A DNA stretch of 64,000 nucleotides from Bryobacterales bacterium (GCA_965207255.1 OZ242276.1:1017692-1081691), one strand, 5' to 3'. Positions 49,510 through 60,350 are shown, numbered from the stretch's first letter. Translations and numbers: made by a program. Notes: generated from the sequence alone by a model not told the origin.

Positions 49510-50727
49510 TTGCCAAGGATCCGCAGCATGCGCCCAGACACCCTCCCCAACGCACCCACCCAGGCCGCCCGCGCAGCACAGCGAGCAAGGGGCGCCAACG
49601 ACCGCATTGGCATCGCATTGATCGGCTGCGGACAGCGCGGTCGTGGGCTGGCAGCCTATCTGAACCAAATCGAGGGCGCCGAACTCCGCGCGGTCTCGGA
49701 CGTATACACGCCTCGCATGCGGCAAGCCATAAGAAGCGATTCGGGAGTGCAGGCATGCGCGGACTACCGCCGCGCCTTAGAGAGCCGGGACATCGATGCC
49801 GTCATGATCGCCACTCCGGACCACTGGCATGTGCCAATGACGCTGCACGCGCTGCAAGCCGGCAAAGACATCTATGTCGAAAAGCCCGTCACGCACAGGT
49901 TGAGCGAGGGAGAAGCGCTCCTCAGGGCGGCGGCATCATCACACCAAGTCGTCGCGACAGGAACCCAGCAGCGTAGCTGGGGCCATTTCCTGGAAGCCAA
50001 GCGCCTCGTTGCTGAGGGCGTGCTAGGCAAGATCACATTCGTGCGCTGCCACTGGTCCCAGAACTACTCCGAATTCCGGGCACGGGTAACCCAAGACATC
50101 GACCTGAGCCAGCTGGACTGGGAGGGGTGGCTCGGGCCTGCCCCGGCGCAGCCGTTCGACGCGACCCGTTTCCGTTTCTGGCGGTTCTTTTGGGACTTCG
50201 GGGGCGGCAGTGTCACCGATCTGATGACGCATTGGATTGATGTCATTCAGTGGTTCATGGGAAGCACACAGATCAGCGAGGTCCGCGCGTTCGGCACCAC
50301 GTACACCAACCACTGGCTGGAAGCGCCCGATACCGTCGTCGCAACGATGGCCTTCCCCGAGGGCTACACCGCTGTGTTCGAGGGCAACATGACGTTCGGG
50401 CTGCTCGGATGCGGAATCGAGTTCCGAGGGGACAAGGCTCTGATGATCCTGAACCGCGATGGCTATTCGATCTACGAAGAGGGCGCGAAGCCGCTCGAAG
50501 CGGTCACCCTTCCCGAGCCGATCTGCGAGTACCGGCGATCCGACAACTCGTCTTGGACCGAGCGAGTCGACGGAACGGGCACCCTCGATAACTTGCGAAA
50601 TTGGCTCGCCTGCGTCCGCAGCAGGGCTACTCCGAACGCGCACGTCCCAGCAGGTGTGGAATCGGCGGCTACGTCGCACTGGGTGAACAGGGCGATCCGT
50701 TGCGGGGAGGTGATCAAGGTCTCATGA
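49510..50727 (+). CDS. Gfo/Idh/MocA family oxidoreductase
   Basis: 'IGIALIGCGQRG' Rossmann motif and 'DIYVEKP'. Confidence 0.8.
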   Translation: MPRIRSMRPDTLPNAPTQAARAAQRARGANDRIGIALIGCGQRGRGLAAYLNQIEGAELRAVSDVYTPRMRQAIRSDSGVQACADYRRALESRDIDAVMIATPDHWHVPMTLHALQAGKDIYVEKPVTHRLSEGEALLRAAASSHQVVATGTQQRSWGHFLEAKRLVAEGVLGKITFVRCHWSQNYSEFRARVTQDIDLSQLDWEGWLGPAPAQPFDATRFRFWRFFWDFGGGSVTDLMTHWIDVIQWFMGSTQISEVRAFGTTYTNHWLEAPDTVVATMAFPEGYTAVFEGNMTFGLLGCGIEFRGDKALMILNRDGYSIYEEGAKPLEAVTLPEPICEYRRSDNSSWTERVDGTGTLDNLRNWLACVRSRATPNAHVPAGVESAATSHWVNRAIRCGEVIKVS

Positions 50728-50805
50728 GAGCTTTGCCCGGCGCAAGGCAACTTCATCCGGACAGACCAGTTGACATGTTCTTTGCGATCAGCCTAAGGTG
50801 TCCGT

Positions 50806-52746
50806 GTGCTGAATCATTTACGACTTATCACCGTTATTGCCTTACTCTTGATTGGAACAGGCCGGGCAGCGGCGCAGGGCAAGTCTAGCTGTGCAGACCA
50901 CGCGATATCTGCGAGCGCCATCCGCACGACAAGTGACATCAGGGCGTTTGTTCAGTGCGCATACGAATACGTTCAAGAGGTCGGCACAGCTGAAGCGCGC
51001 AGGGCATTCAACGAAGACGAACGCTGGCGGCATGGTCCCTTCTATGTGTTCGTCGACGGTATCGCTGAGTCCAGCGAAGATTCCGTCGCCTATGTCTATC
51101 CCCCGGACATGTCGCGAGAGGGTCTGGCGTGGGGCCGACTCGCAGACGACTTCGGTGACGATCTTCTGGGCGAGTTCAACCGCGTCTTGACTCTCGCCGG
51201 ATCCGGTTGGACCTACTACTCGTCCTCGAACCCAGCCACTGGCAGGGACGAGCCAAAGGCGTCCTATGTGATGGAAATTGACTGGAATGGCAACCCCGCT
51301 GCGATCGGGGCGGGAATCTACTTGCGCGACGTGCCCGGCGCATGCAATAGCGATGACGTCAACGCCGCGGTCCTGGATGCCGATCCAAGCGACGAGCGGT
51401 TGCGGGAGTTTGTCCGCTGCGCCGCGCTGAAGGTGGAATCGGAAGGCTACTTTGCTATGGGGGAACTTGAGGACAGCTCTCGGTGGAAACATGGATCGAC
51501 CTACGCCTTCGTGATCGACATGATGGGCAATCAAGTCCTTTCGGGCAGGGGGCTTGGCGTCAACGGGATCCAACTCCACGAATGGGGGAACCGGAGGATG
51601 CCCACCGAAGAGTTCGGTGGTCGCGACGTCATCAGTGTTGGCGACAAGTTCGGAGAGGCCTTTATCTACTACCGGACCCTCAATCCGACCAGTGGTCGGA
51701 TTGAGGGTAAGGTCGGGCTGCTCAAACGCGTCGTCGCACAGGGAGTGCCGCTCCTTGTCGGGGCCGGGTACTACGTGTCACCGGGCGAACCGAGCCAAGA
51801 GACGAGTTGCTTGGACAACAACGTGGCGGCAAGTGCTGTGCGCACCGAGCGAGATATCCAAGCCTTCGTGGAGTGCGCGGCGGAGTACGTGATGGAACAT
51901 GGACCCGCCGAGGCACGCCGGGCGTTCAATGAAGACGAACGCTGGCGGCACGGACCCTACTATGTCTTTGTCGACGAAATCACGGAGGACTGGGCTCAAT
52001 CGATCGTCCATGTCTTCCCCCCCAGACCCTCGCAGGAGGGGCACCCTTGGGGCTCGCTGGTGGATAACTTCGGAACAGACTTCTACTTTGAACTGAACCG
52101 TGTCATGTCGATCGTCGATGCCGGCTGGCTCCACTACTCGTTCACCAACTTCACAACCGGCAGGGACGAACCCAAGAGCTCTTATATCAAGAGAGTGGCG
52201 TGGAACGGCGGAGCTGCGGCGGTAGGAGCCGGAATCTACCGGCGTGACCTGCCCGGCTCGTGCAACAGCGAGGAGGTGAATGCCTCGGACGTGGAAGCTG
52301 ACGCCGTTACCGTTGGGCTGGGGGTTGGCCCCACCGAAGAGAATCTGGAGGTGCTCGTGCGCTGTGCCGCGATGACCGTGGAGTCGAATGGACTCTTCGC
52401 CGCACCGGTCTTGGAGGGCGATCCACGCTGGAACAGTGGGTCGGTTTATGTCTTCGGGATTGACCCCGCGACGTCCAGGCGCGAGTTCAGCGGCTACGAA
52501 GGCAGGGGCACGCTGATCGCCAATCAGAGGGAACTCTTCTTGGAACTACTATTCGCGGGAAGGGATCTGTTGGGCGTGGCTGAGATGTTCGGCGAAGCCT
52601 ATTGGTACTACTACTGGCCAAACCCGGCGAACGGCAACATCGAGATCAAGGTTGCCTACCTCAAGCGGGTCCTGGCACACGGCGTACCATTGCTGGTGGG
52701 CTCGGGAGTGTACACAGCCGGCGCAGCCCCACCCGGCACGGAGTAG
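50806..52746 (+). CDS. Secreted protein made of four Cache-like domains (internal tandem duplication), no output domain
   Basis: Signal peptide. 'RAFNEDERWRHGP.YVFVD' occurs twice (about aa 65 and 375), and each copy is followed by a second, more divergent Cache-like unit ('W..GS.Y.F..D'). Confidence 0.65.
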   Translation: MLNHLRLITVIALLLIGTGRAAAQGKSSCADHAISASAIRTTSDIRAFVQCAYEYVQEVGTAEARRAFNEDERWRHGPFYVFVDGIAESSEDSVAYVYPPDMSREGLAWGRLADDFGDDLLGEFNRVLTLAGSGWTYYSSSNPATGRDEPKASYVMEIDWNGNPAAIGAGIYLRDVPGACNSDDVNAAVLDADPSDERLREFVRCAALKVESEGYFAMGELEDSSRWKHGSTYAFVIDMMGNQVLSGRGLGVNGIQLHEWGNRRMPTEEFGGRDVISVGDKFGEAFIYYRTLNPTSGRIEGKVGLLKRVVAQGVPLLVGAGYYVSPGEPSQETSCLDNNVAASAVRTERDIQAFVECAAEYVMEHGPAEARRAFNEDERWRHGPYYVFVDEITEDWAQSIVHVFPPRPSQEGHPWGSLVDNFGTDFYFELNRVMSIVDAGWLHYSFTNFTTGRDEPKSSYIKRVAWNGGAAAVGAGIYRRDLPGSCNSEEVNASDVEADAVTVGLGVGPTEENLEVLVRCAAMTVESNGLFAAPVLEGDPRWNSGSVYVFGIDPATSRREFSGYEGRGTLIANQRELFLELLFAGRDLLGVAEMFGEAYWYYYWPNPANGNIEIKVAYLKRVLAHGVPLLVGSGVYTAGAAPPGTE

Positions 52747-53597
52747 GCGGGCTGGCTAGTCGCACTGGCCGGAAGCGGGGACAGCACCGACCGAGCGGCC
52801 TCGCTACTGGGCGGCCGCTCGTGGAATGGCATTGCTGAGGAATAGGCCGATCAGCGCCCCAGCCGGTGTCGGGCACAAGCAATAGGGCTTGGCAGACACC
52901 GGCGCAGGCGGCGGCGCGGATTCTTTCAACTAGTCGGGGCGGGGTCCCTGACTGGAAAACAACCTACCAGCTACAGAGGATGCTATCAACAGGGAATCAG
53001 GACCAAGATTGCCGTGGTCAGCCACCCAAGACACTGTAATTGCCGTCGGCAATCAGGCGAATAGACGCATACAGCCCCACGAGTGCGCACAACACCCAGG
53101 GAGAATTCGTTCCCCAGATCAGAGCATACTGCTCGCCCTTTCCAATTTGCTTGTGCCCCTTCGCCACAAAGAAGCTCACCCAATAGACTGAGGTCACATA
53201 CGTCCATTGCCAAAACAGGATGACTCCGAGAATGCCCGCCCAAACCGCGGGAAGAAAATTGATGGTGAAGGTCGCATACAGCACCAATGACGGTATCGGT
53301 GTGAAAAAACCGTTGCAAACATCCGCGTTGAATCCGAAGCTGCGTCGATCAGTAAAGGAACCGTCGGACAAGGAATATGTTGCCCAGACATCGGCCCACA
53401 CTGCAGAAGAGAATGTATTCTTCAATGAAATCTTTGTAGAGAGAAATTCAATCGCCGGATGGCGACCAGTTGTGCTCCTTCTCTCGCGCCAATGGCCGGA
53501 ACGGACTTCGACGTAATCGCGTCGACGAAACAGACATATTTCCCAATAGCAGATCAAGAGATTGGTCGAAAGGAACAGGCTCAAGAGAAGATAGACA

Positions 53598-53605
53598 AAT
53601 CCAAC
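53598..53605. repeat. 8-bp target-site duplication 'aatccaac' (left copy)
   Basis: Identical octamer abutting both IS ends. Confidence 0.8.
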
Positions 53606-54643
53606 GGCTCAATTAGCGAAACGTATGCATTTGGGTGCCATGGAGGCCACCAAGCAGCTACGCGGGGACGCCTCGCGCACCAATCCGACTTGCTGAAACC
53701 AGCGTAGGTAGCTGTCCAGGTACTTGGTCGCTACCCCCCGGAACGGTTGCAGGAACGCTTTGAACTGTTGGTGCCGATTGTTCACCGTTTGGATGTGATA
53801 GCTCCCGCGCACGCGCCGGCCCGCCGACAGATTCACCGCCTCGTGCTGGATCCCCAGCCGCCGCGCACAGCCCGGGTACGCTCGCCCACCGTCGCTCAGC
53901 AGCACCGCGTCGCTGGCCAGCAGCGGCTCCAGCGCGGCCTGCAAACTCGCCTGGCTCACTCTCGCCAACACTTGGCCCACCGTCGCGCCCCCGCGCGCCG
54001 TCGCCAGCAGCACCGGCACCTGCTGCTTGGACAGGCCCCGCTGCCGCGCGCGCCCTCCCCGCCGCCGCGCCTTGCGCGCCAGCTGCCTTTGGCCCTTGAG
54101 GCTATGCAGAACATACGTTTCGTCCGCTTCCACCAGCCCTTCCAGCCGCCCCTGTAACTGTCCCGCCTGTGCCATGAAGCGATGCCGCCAGCGGAAGGCT
54201 GTCGTGACCGCCACCCCGCAGCGCCGCGCCGACTCGCGCACCGATTCCCGCTCCACCAACGAGCGCCCCAACGCCAGCCAGCGCTGCTTGTGATGCAACC
54301 CAGACAGCGCCGTGCCGCTCAAGGCATTGAACGTCTTGCCGCACTGCTTGCAACTGTAACGGCGTAACCCGCGCGTCTTGCCGCGGCGCACCGCGCCGCC
54401 GGCCTGACAGTGCCGACAGCGCCGCTCGGCGTCAATTTGCAGTTCAATCGCGGCCACCGCCGCAGCTCCTTCGCTGCGCTCTTGCACGGCCTGCGTGAGT
54501 TGCGACCACTGCGCATCGGTCAAGCGGTCCAAGCCCGCCAGCCAACTTTGGAAACTCTCGTTCGTCATCGGGCACTATCCTCCTGCACCTAAAGGAATTA
54601 TACCAAATATCGAACAAAATACATACATTTCGCTAATTGAGCC
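53606..54643 (-). mobile_element. IS1595-family insertion sequence (1038 bp)
   Basis: Terminal inverted repeats 'ggctcaattagcgaaaYgtatg' (about 22 bp, 1 mismatch), an 8-bp TSD, and a single transposase ORF. Confidence 0.85.
53609..54568 (-). CDS. IS1595-family (ISXO2-like) DDE transposase
   Basis: N-terminal zinc ribbon 'CRHC....C.QC', 'ADETYV' and 'SDGGRAY' DDE blocks, and a C-terminal 'YL..Y...F' tail. Confidence 0.85.
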   Translation of the reverse strand: MTNESFQSWLAGLDRLTDAQWSQLTQAVQERSEGAAAVAAIELQIDAERRCRHCQAGGAVRRGKTRGLRRYSCKQCGKTFNALSGTALSGLHHKQRWLALGRSLVERESVRESARRCGVAVTTAFRWRHRFMAQAGQLQGRLEGLVEADETYVLHSLKGQRQLARKARRRGGRARQRGLSKQQVPVLLATARGGATVGQVLARVSQASLQAALEPLLASDAVLLSDGGRAYPGCARRLGIQHEAVNLSAGRRVRGSYHIQTVNNRHQQFKAFLQPFRGVATKYLDSYLRWFQQVGLVREASPRSCLVASMAPKCIRFAN

Positions 54644-54651
54644 AATCCAAC
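54644..54651. repeat. 8-bp target-site duplication 'aatccaac' (right copy)
   Basis: See the left copy. Confidence 0.8.
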
Positions 54652-55520
54652 GCTCCCGTGCCACCACTGACGCACCACGACGCCGGCCAGCGCAAGAAGC
54701 GCAATCTCTATTGCCGCCAACAGCCCGACTGGCATCTTCAGGCCCTTCTCGCCTGTGCAGTGTGTCTTGAGACTTCGATCAAGACTGCGCTCGCCCACTC
54801 GCCCTCAAGCCTCGAGCGCTTTGGGCCATTACGCTTGCCGCTCAGGCGATTGGCGCTGTGACGACTGGCCTCTGTTGCTTGGCAATCGGCCATCTCAGAC
54901 TCTCCCTCGTGATGCAGTTCATTCCGTATCCGATGGCCGGCGGGTTCCTTACATCGTGCAGCCACAAGGCGCCTTTCGCGAGCACACGGACAAGATCTCA
55001 ATCATCGCAGACGAGCGGTGCCGGACACTGGCTATGACGGCGGCTAGCCCGCAAGTTTTGGAACAAGACGAACCACGCCAGGTCCTGAAGTTCGTCGGTG
55101 CGTACTTATGGCAGAATCCGCTCACAACCTGCGCTACGAACCGTAGTTGAGGCGCTTTGAGCGGAGCCGGCTCAACCCTCGAATGCGATACCTCTGAGCG
55201 CGACGAGATTCTCATGCGCGGCCCAGACTCTCGACCGCTTGCACTCACACGTGAGTCGCCGCGCTTGCTTGAGGCGAGAATCGAGGCGGCTCCTGAGCAT
55301 CCTGACGGCGAGTTCGAGGCGAGTGGACTCACTCGATTGCGAGATGCCAAGGCTGTGGGCGGCATCGTCCGTGGATCGGGCCTGGCGTGGCACATATTGC
55401 CAACGTTTCGATACGCGGCAGACAGCGATCCAACTCATCTCGCGCAACGGACTGCGCAGCTCGAGCTCTTGTGTGCTGCGGACACTCGCCGAACCAAATT
55501 CGCCGTGGTAATCTACCGCC

Positions 55521-56525
55521 ATGGTCATGACCTCACGCCGCCAGCTCCTACAGGCCGCCATTGGCGCGGTCGCTGCTTCCGCGAACGCCCAGACGGCCGG
55601 CCTCGATCGCCTGCTCGCCATTCCAAGGCCCGGCCGAGTGAGAGCCGTGCTCGACACCGACACCTACAACGAGATTGACGACCAATACGCGGTCGCCTAT
55701 AGCTTGCTGTCTCCTGAGCGAATGTCCGTGGAGGCAATCTATGCCGCGCCATTCGTCAATGATCGTTCGGCAACCGCTGCGCTGGGGATGGAGAAGAGCT
55801 ACGAGGAAATCCTGCGATTGCTGGATTTCTTCCCAGATGCGAGCAAGAGCACGGTGTTCCGCGGCTCGGACAAGTTCTTCGAGCGGAAGGAAAGTCCGGT
55901 CGACAGCCCCGCCGCACGCGACCTGATCGAAAAGGCCCTCCAGCGCAGCGACGAACCGCTCTATGTGCTGACGATTGGCTGCCCGGTGAATGTCTCGTCG
56001 GCCATCCTGATGGAGCCGAAGATCAAGGAGAAGATCGTCGTCGTCTGGCTCGGAGGCACCACCCATTACTGGCCGTCTGCGAGCGAGTTCAACCTGAGGC
56101 AGGATGTGATCGCTTCGCAGGTGCTCTTCGACAGCGGCGTTGCGCTGGTGCAGATTCCCACCAAGAACGTCTCCGAGCACCTCAGGACAACCGCCCCGGA
56201 GTTGGCGGAGCACATGCGTGGGCGCTCGCGGATAGGTGACTATCTCTACGGCCAGTTCCTTCAGTACTACGCCGTGCGTACGAAGGGGCAACAGCGAGGG
56301 TTCCCGTATTCGAAGGTCATCTGGGATATCTCGGCAATCGCCTGGCTAATCGATCCGCAATGGGTGCCCTCGGAGATCGTACCCAGCCCGGTGCTGACTA
56401 CCGACATGCGGTGGGAGAACGCATCGGGCCGCCACAATATCCGCGTGGCGAACAATCTCAATCGGGACGCAGTGTTCAACGACTTGTTCACCCGACTCGC
56501 AAGCCTGAGCGATTCCGACCGCTAG
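55521..56525 (+). CDS. Tat-signal nucleoside hydrolase (IU-nucleoside hydrolase family)
   Basis: 'SRRQLLQAAIGAVAASA' leader and the 'LDTDTYNEIDDQYA' aspartate cluster. Confidence 0.8.
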   Translation: MVMTSRRQLLQAAIGAVAASANAQTAGLDRLLAIPRPGRVRAVLDTDTYNEIDDQYAVAYSLLSPERMSVEAIYAAPFVNDRSATAALGMEKSYEEILRLLDFFPDASKSTVFRGSDKFFERKESPVDSPAARDLIEKALQRSDEPLYVLTIGCPVNVSSAILMEPKIKEKIVVVWLGGTTHYWPSASEFNLRQDVIASQVLFDSGVALVQIPTKNVSEHLRTTAPELAEHMRGRSRIGDYLYGQFLQYYAVRTKGQQRGFPYSKVIWDISAIAWLIDPQWVPSEIVPSPVLTTDMRWENASGRHNIRVANNLNRDAVFNDLFTRLASLSDSDR

Positions 56526-56583
56526 CGTCGTTTGCAGTCGGGCAGTCTAGCGCTGAGGAACTCGACAGAATCCATTTGGCTCG

Positions 56584-59163
56584 TCAGGGCGATTGGGCTG
56601 TCGAGCCGACCCAGAACGGACTAGACCACGCCACCGCTCCGTCAATCTGCCGCAGGCGCAAATAGTAGTAGTCGCCGGATCTAGGCGAATCCTTGTCGGT
56701 GTACGTGAAGTGCCGGTCCAGCGCACCGTCTGACGGTACGAGTTGCGCGGACAAGGCATCTGTGTGCTCGAGCACCTGATACTCCCTGCGGTCGACCTCT
56801 CCGCCAAGGTCACCGAGCCGGAAAGTTTCGCTCTTCGCGGGCAGGCGTTGCGGGATTCGCTGGTATCCGCCCGACCCGGGGCGCTCCCGTGTCGCCGCCA
56901 TGTCAACGATGACCCTCGTGTCAGCACTTGCGTTGCGCAGGCGCAGCACGAGAGCGGTGCTGCGTCCACGCGTGTGCATCTCGAAATGGAGTCGCCCTCC
57001 TTCCATCCGAGTTCCGTAGGTAGCCGGATGTCGGTACCAAGGCTCTTCGTAGCCCGCCAGTTCTGCTCCCTCCACACGGATAACGCCCTTCCAGGGACGA
57101 TCGCCTCGCGGTACTGTCCGCTGACCCGGCACGTCTGTCGAGGCCTCAAAGCTGACCTGCACGTGGGCCTCGCTGCCGACGCCTGACTGAAGATAGCGCT
57201 GGGTGTAGGCCACTGTGCCGTTCTTGATCACATCAATCGAGTCAATCGCCGCAGTTCCGTTGACCGTGCAACTGATCGTTCGCTCGCCAGCGTCGGCTTG
57301 CTCCTGCCCGATGCCCACGCCGTTCAAAGTGGCGTCCAATATGATCCGCTCGCCGGTCGTCGCATATGTCGCACGGTTGCGCAGTCCATCGAAGATCCCG
57401 TCCGGCGTGTTCTCTGACGCCAGCACGGCGGCCAGACCGCCGAGCTGGCGGTTGGTCATGCCGCTGTAGCCCGGATGGCCGGTGTGGTTGTCCGAAGCCC
57501 CCACGAACCCGACGCGGTAGCCGTTTTGCAAGTACTTGTCGCCAAACCAATCAAACGTCCCGTGCCCGGACTGAATCTCGACCAGCCGCTCCACCGTGTT
57601 ATCGCTGTTGGTCCAGTCCCCAGGCTGGTGGGCATGGGGTATGACCAGTACGTCGTCGGTGTCGTTGCCATCCTTAAGCCCCTCATACAATTCGTCCAGC
57701 AATGGCGCCTTCTGGTTTGGCACTCGCGAGCGTCCCGGCGTGTTGCGGAAGAACACGTTGTGGTGCCCGCCATATAGCAGGCGAGAAGTCCATTCGAAGC
57801 CTAGGATGGCCGTGAAGCGTCCCGGCACACGGTACTTTTCGACCATCTCTTGGAGCGTCTTCCATTCGAAGTCGTCCATCCAGATGTCATGCTCGGACAG
57901 GCTCAAGAAGTCCAAGCGGGCGACATCGCGACCGAACTTGTAGTAGCCGTCCGGAGACCCTTGGCCCTCAGCGAATCCCGTGTGCCCGTGGGTTTCGCCC
58001 CAGAAGATCTTCCTGCTCGGCGACGCTTCAACACGCACAGGATTACTCGTTCCGCGGATCGCCCCGTCCTCCGAGTGCACCTCGAACCGGTAGACTCCGG
58101 GCGAATCGAGTCGAATGCGGTCCAGTTCTTGCAACGCCGCAGCTCCGGCGGGAATCTCCCGGACTCCCCGGCCATCAAGCAATATCTCGTAAGCGGGGGT
58201 CCCGCCAGAAGCCAAGTTCTTGAAGCGATCCTCCGATCTCACGGCCAGCACAAACTCCTCTCCCGGCTCTACTACCGATGGCGCGATGGCGTTTACGAAC
58301 TGCACGCGATCCTCGCCAATCACCTCGATCGAGGGCCATTGGGGCGTTAGCAGCCAACCCTTGCCCTCCAAGTCCACGAAGGTCTTGAACACGAATCGGT
58401 CGTTGGACCAGTTCTGGATCCGTAGGCCCGGACCGCCCCCGCTGCGGTCGCCGAACGTAAGCGTCAGCGTGTCACCCTTGCGCAATTCCCCGCCACTCAG
58501 TCGAAACGCGACTACAGAGCGGGTCTCGAAGCTAATCCAGCGGCCCCACGGCTTGGCTGGAGCCAAGACGGCATCGGGATTGGAGGTTGTCACCGTCACA
58601 TAGCCTGCGGCGGCAGGGTCGTCGGTTTGCAATCCGCCGCCCCGGCCCTGCCCTACCGCAATCCCGCCGCCAACCGCCATGGGCATGTCCCCAACCGTAT
58701 AAGTCTCGCGAACCGTGACAAACTCGCCCGCCCGATGGGGTCCCTGCGAAGACAGCTCGAGCTTGCCCAGAGCCATGGGCTGCTCGTCCTTGATCTGAAA
58801 CTCCCGCGTGAATTGTTCGACGAAGCCCGAAATAGCGGCCAGCGGCAGTTGGGCACCTCCGTCCGGCAGCCGTCGCAACGCGCGGTTGGCATTGGCGGTG
58901 AGCTGAGGGAAGCCGCCGGGCACCGGCCCGCCGGTCAGCGAGTACGCATTGGCCCACTTCCAGAGCGTATCCAGCCGCTGCGCGAGCACGTTGACATCCG
59001 AAGACTGCTGTGGCGCGTCACGCTTGAGCACTTCGACGCGATCTCGAAGCTCGGTCGTCAGATAGTCTGCGCGCCCTCCACCGGTGTCCTGTGCCGCCAA
59101 GCCCCAAATCAGAAGCCCCAGCAGGCACAGTGCAACAACAGATTTGGATCGCGCAGAATTCAT
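56584..59163 (-). CDS. Large secreted protein with DUF3604/PHP-like metal-dependent hydrolase core
   Basis: Signal peptide from MNSARSKS. 'WGETHGHTGFAEG ... LSLSEHD' resembles the DUF3604 His-cluster. The function is tentative. Confidence 0.55.
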   Translation of the reverse strand: MNSARSKSVVALCLLGLLIWGLAAQDTGGGRADYLTTELRDRVEVLKRDAPQQSSDVNVLAQRLDTLWKWANAYSLTGGPVPGGFPQLTANANRALRRLPDGGAQLPLAAISGFVEQFTREFQIKDEQPMALGKLELSSQGPHRAGEFVTVRETYTVGDMPMAVGGGIAVGQGRGGGLQTDDPAAAGYVTVTTSNPDAVLAPAKPWGRWISFETRSVVAFRLSGGELRKGDTLTLTFGDRSGGGPGLRIQNWSNDRFVFKTFVDLEGKGWLLTPQWPSIEVIGEDRVQFVNAIAPSVVEPGEEFVLAVRSEDRFKNLASGGTPAYEILLDGRGVREIPAGAAALQELDRIRLDSPGVYRFEVHSEDGAIRGTSNPVRVEASPSRKIFWGETHGHTGFAEGQGSPDGYYKFGRDVARLDFLSLSEHDIWMDDFEWKTLQEMVEKYRVPGRFTAILGFEWTSRLLYGGHHNVFFRNTPGRSRVPNQKAPLLDELYEGLKDGNDTDDVLVIPHAHQPGDWTNSDNTVERLVEIQSGHGTFDWFGDKYLQNGYRVGFVGASDNHTGHPGYSGMTNRQLGGLAAVLASENTPDGIFDGLRNRATYATTGERIILDATLNGVGIGQEQADAGERTISCTVNGTAAIDSIDVIKNGTVAYTQRYLQSGVGSEAHVQVSFEASTDVPGQRTVPRGDRPWKGVIRVEGAELAGYEEPWYRHPATYGTRMEGGRLHFEMHTRGRSTALVLRLRNASADTRVIVDMAATRERPGSGGYQRIPQRLPAKSETFRLGDLGGEVDRREYQVLEHTDALSAQLVPSDGALDRHFTYTDKDSPRSGDYYYLRLRQIDGAVAWSSPFWVGSTAQSP

Positions 59164-59336
59164 TTTGGTCCAGTCCTCTACCGCAGCCCAGAATATACCG
59201 TAGGGCGAGACTGCTCCGTACGATTGCAACGCCAAATCGCAAACGATGCTGCCTCAACGCGGATTTCCGTCCTCGCGCGGGCCCGGCTATCGGCGAATGT
59301 CCGGCACTGCTATAACCGAGTGAGGCCCGACAACCG

Positions 59337-60350
59337 ATGCTGCAACAGTTCAAGCGCTATCCGCTGACCTTCGGTCCGAGCCCAATCACGCGCCTCGACC
59401 GACTGTCGGCGCACCTCGGCAGCCGGATAGAGGTGTTCGCCAAGCGGGACGACTGCAATTCCGGTCTTGCGTTTGGCGGAAACAAGATCCGCAAGCTCGA
59501 GTACATCGTGCCCGACGCGCTCGCGTCCGGGGCGGACACGTTGGTGACGATCGGCGGCGTGCAATCCAACCACACCCGCCAGGTCGCAGCCGTCGCAGCC
59601 AAGCTCGGCCTGAATTGCCGACTGGTCCAAGAGTCGTGGGTGCCCGCCCATGATGCGGTCTACGACCGCGTCGGCAACATCCTGATGAGCCGACTCATGG
59701 GCGCAGAGGTCGAATTCATCGAAGAAGGCTTCGACATCGGGACGCGCAATAGCTGGAAGCGCGCGATCGAGGACGTTCGTGCCAAGGGCGGCAAGCCGTA
59801 CCCCATTCCAGCCGGGGCTTCAATGCATCGGCTGGGCGGCTTGGGCTATGTCGGATTCGCGGAAGAGGTGCGGGCCCAGGAACTCGAGCTAGGGTTCCGG
59901 TTCGACTACATCGTGGTCTGCACCGTAACGGGATCGACGCATGCCGGCATGGTGGTGGGCTTCGCCGCCGACGGACGCCAGCGCCGGGTCATCGGGATCG
60001 ATGCCTCGGCAACTCCTTGGCGGACGAAAGCCCAAGTGGCCGAGATCGCTCGGAACACTGCAAAGCTGGTCGGGTTGGACCACGAAATCGTCAACGAAGA
60101 CGTTGTGCTCATCGAGGACTACGCCTACCCGGCTTATGGCGTGCCATCCAAGGAGACCGACGACGCTATTCGTCTGGCGGCGCGCACGGAAGGGATGCTG
60201 ACCGATCCCGTGTATGAGGGCAAGTCGATGCAAGGGCTGGTCGACCTGGCACGGAAGGGATACTTCCCAGCGGGTGCCCGCGTGCTATACGCCCACTTGG
60301 GCGGCGTCCCCGCTATCAACGCGTACAGCTATCGCTACCGCAACGGCTGA
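59337..60350 (+). CDS. acdS: 1-aminocyclopropane-1-carboxylate deaminase
   Basis: '[19 protein letters not shown]', '[17 protein letters not shown]' and '[14 protein letters not shown]'. The discriminating 'PVYEGKSM' Glu and 'LYAHLGG' Leu are both present. Confidence 0.8.
   Translation: MLQQFKRYPLTFGPSPITRLDRLSAHLGSRIEVFAKRDDCNSGLAFGGNKIRKLEYIVPDALASGADTLVTIGGVQSNHTRQVAAVAAKLGLNCRLVQESWVPAHDAVYDRVGNILMSRLMGAEVEFIEEGFDIGTRNSWKRAIEDVRAKGGKPYPIPAGASMHRLGGLGYVGFAEEVRAQELELGFRFDYIVVCTVTGSTHAGMVVGFAADGRQRRVIGIDASATPWRTKAQVAEIARNTAKLVGLDHEIVNEDVVLIEDYAYPAYGVPSKETDDAIRLAARTEGMLTDPVYEGKSMQGLVDLARKGYFPAGARVLYAHLGGVPAINAYSYRYRNG

Larger units (their letters stand above)
53018..54735 (-). pseudogene. 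Low-GC polytopic membrane-protein gene (tentatively EXPERA/EBP-like) split by an IS1595-family insertion
   Basis: Removing 53606-54651 (the IS plus one TSD copy) joins 'MPVGLLAAIEIALLALAGVVVRQWWHGSVG' in frame to 'FVYLLLSLFLSTNLLICYWE...'. Confidence 0.65.

Noticed and set aside
54736-55520. ORF-poor, somewhat lower-GC stretch, examined for a small toxin-antitoxin pair (ORFs 54755-55150, 55157-55678, 55172-55663)
   Set aside because: The translations do not resemble RelE/ParE, HTH or other TA families that I can recognise, and the ORFs overlap each other on both strands. It is probably a non-coding or decayed flank of the low-GC insert.
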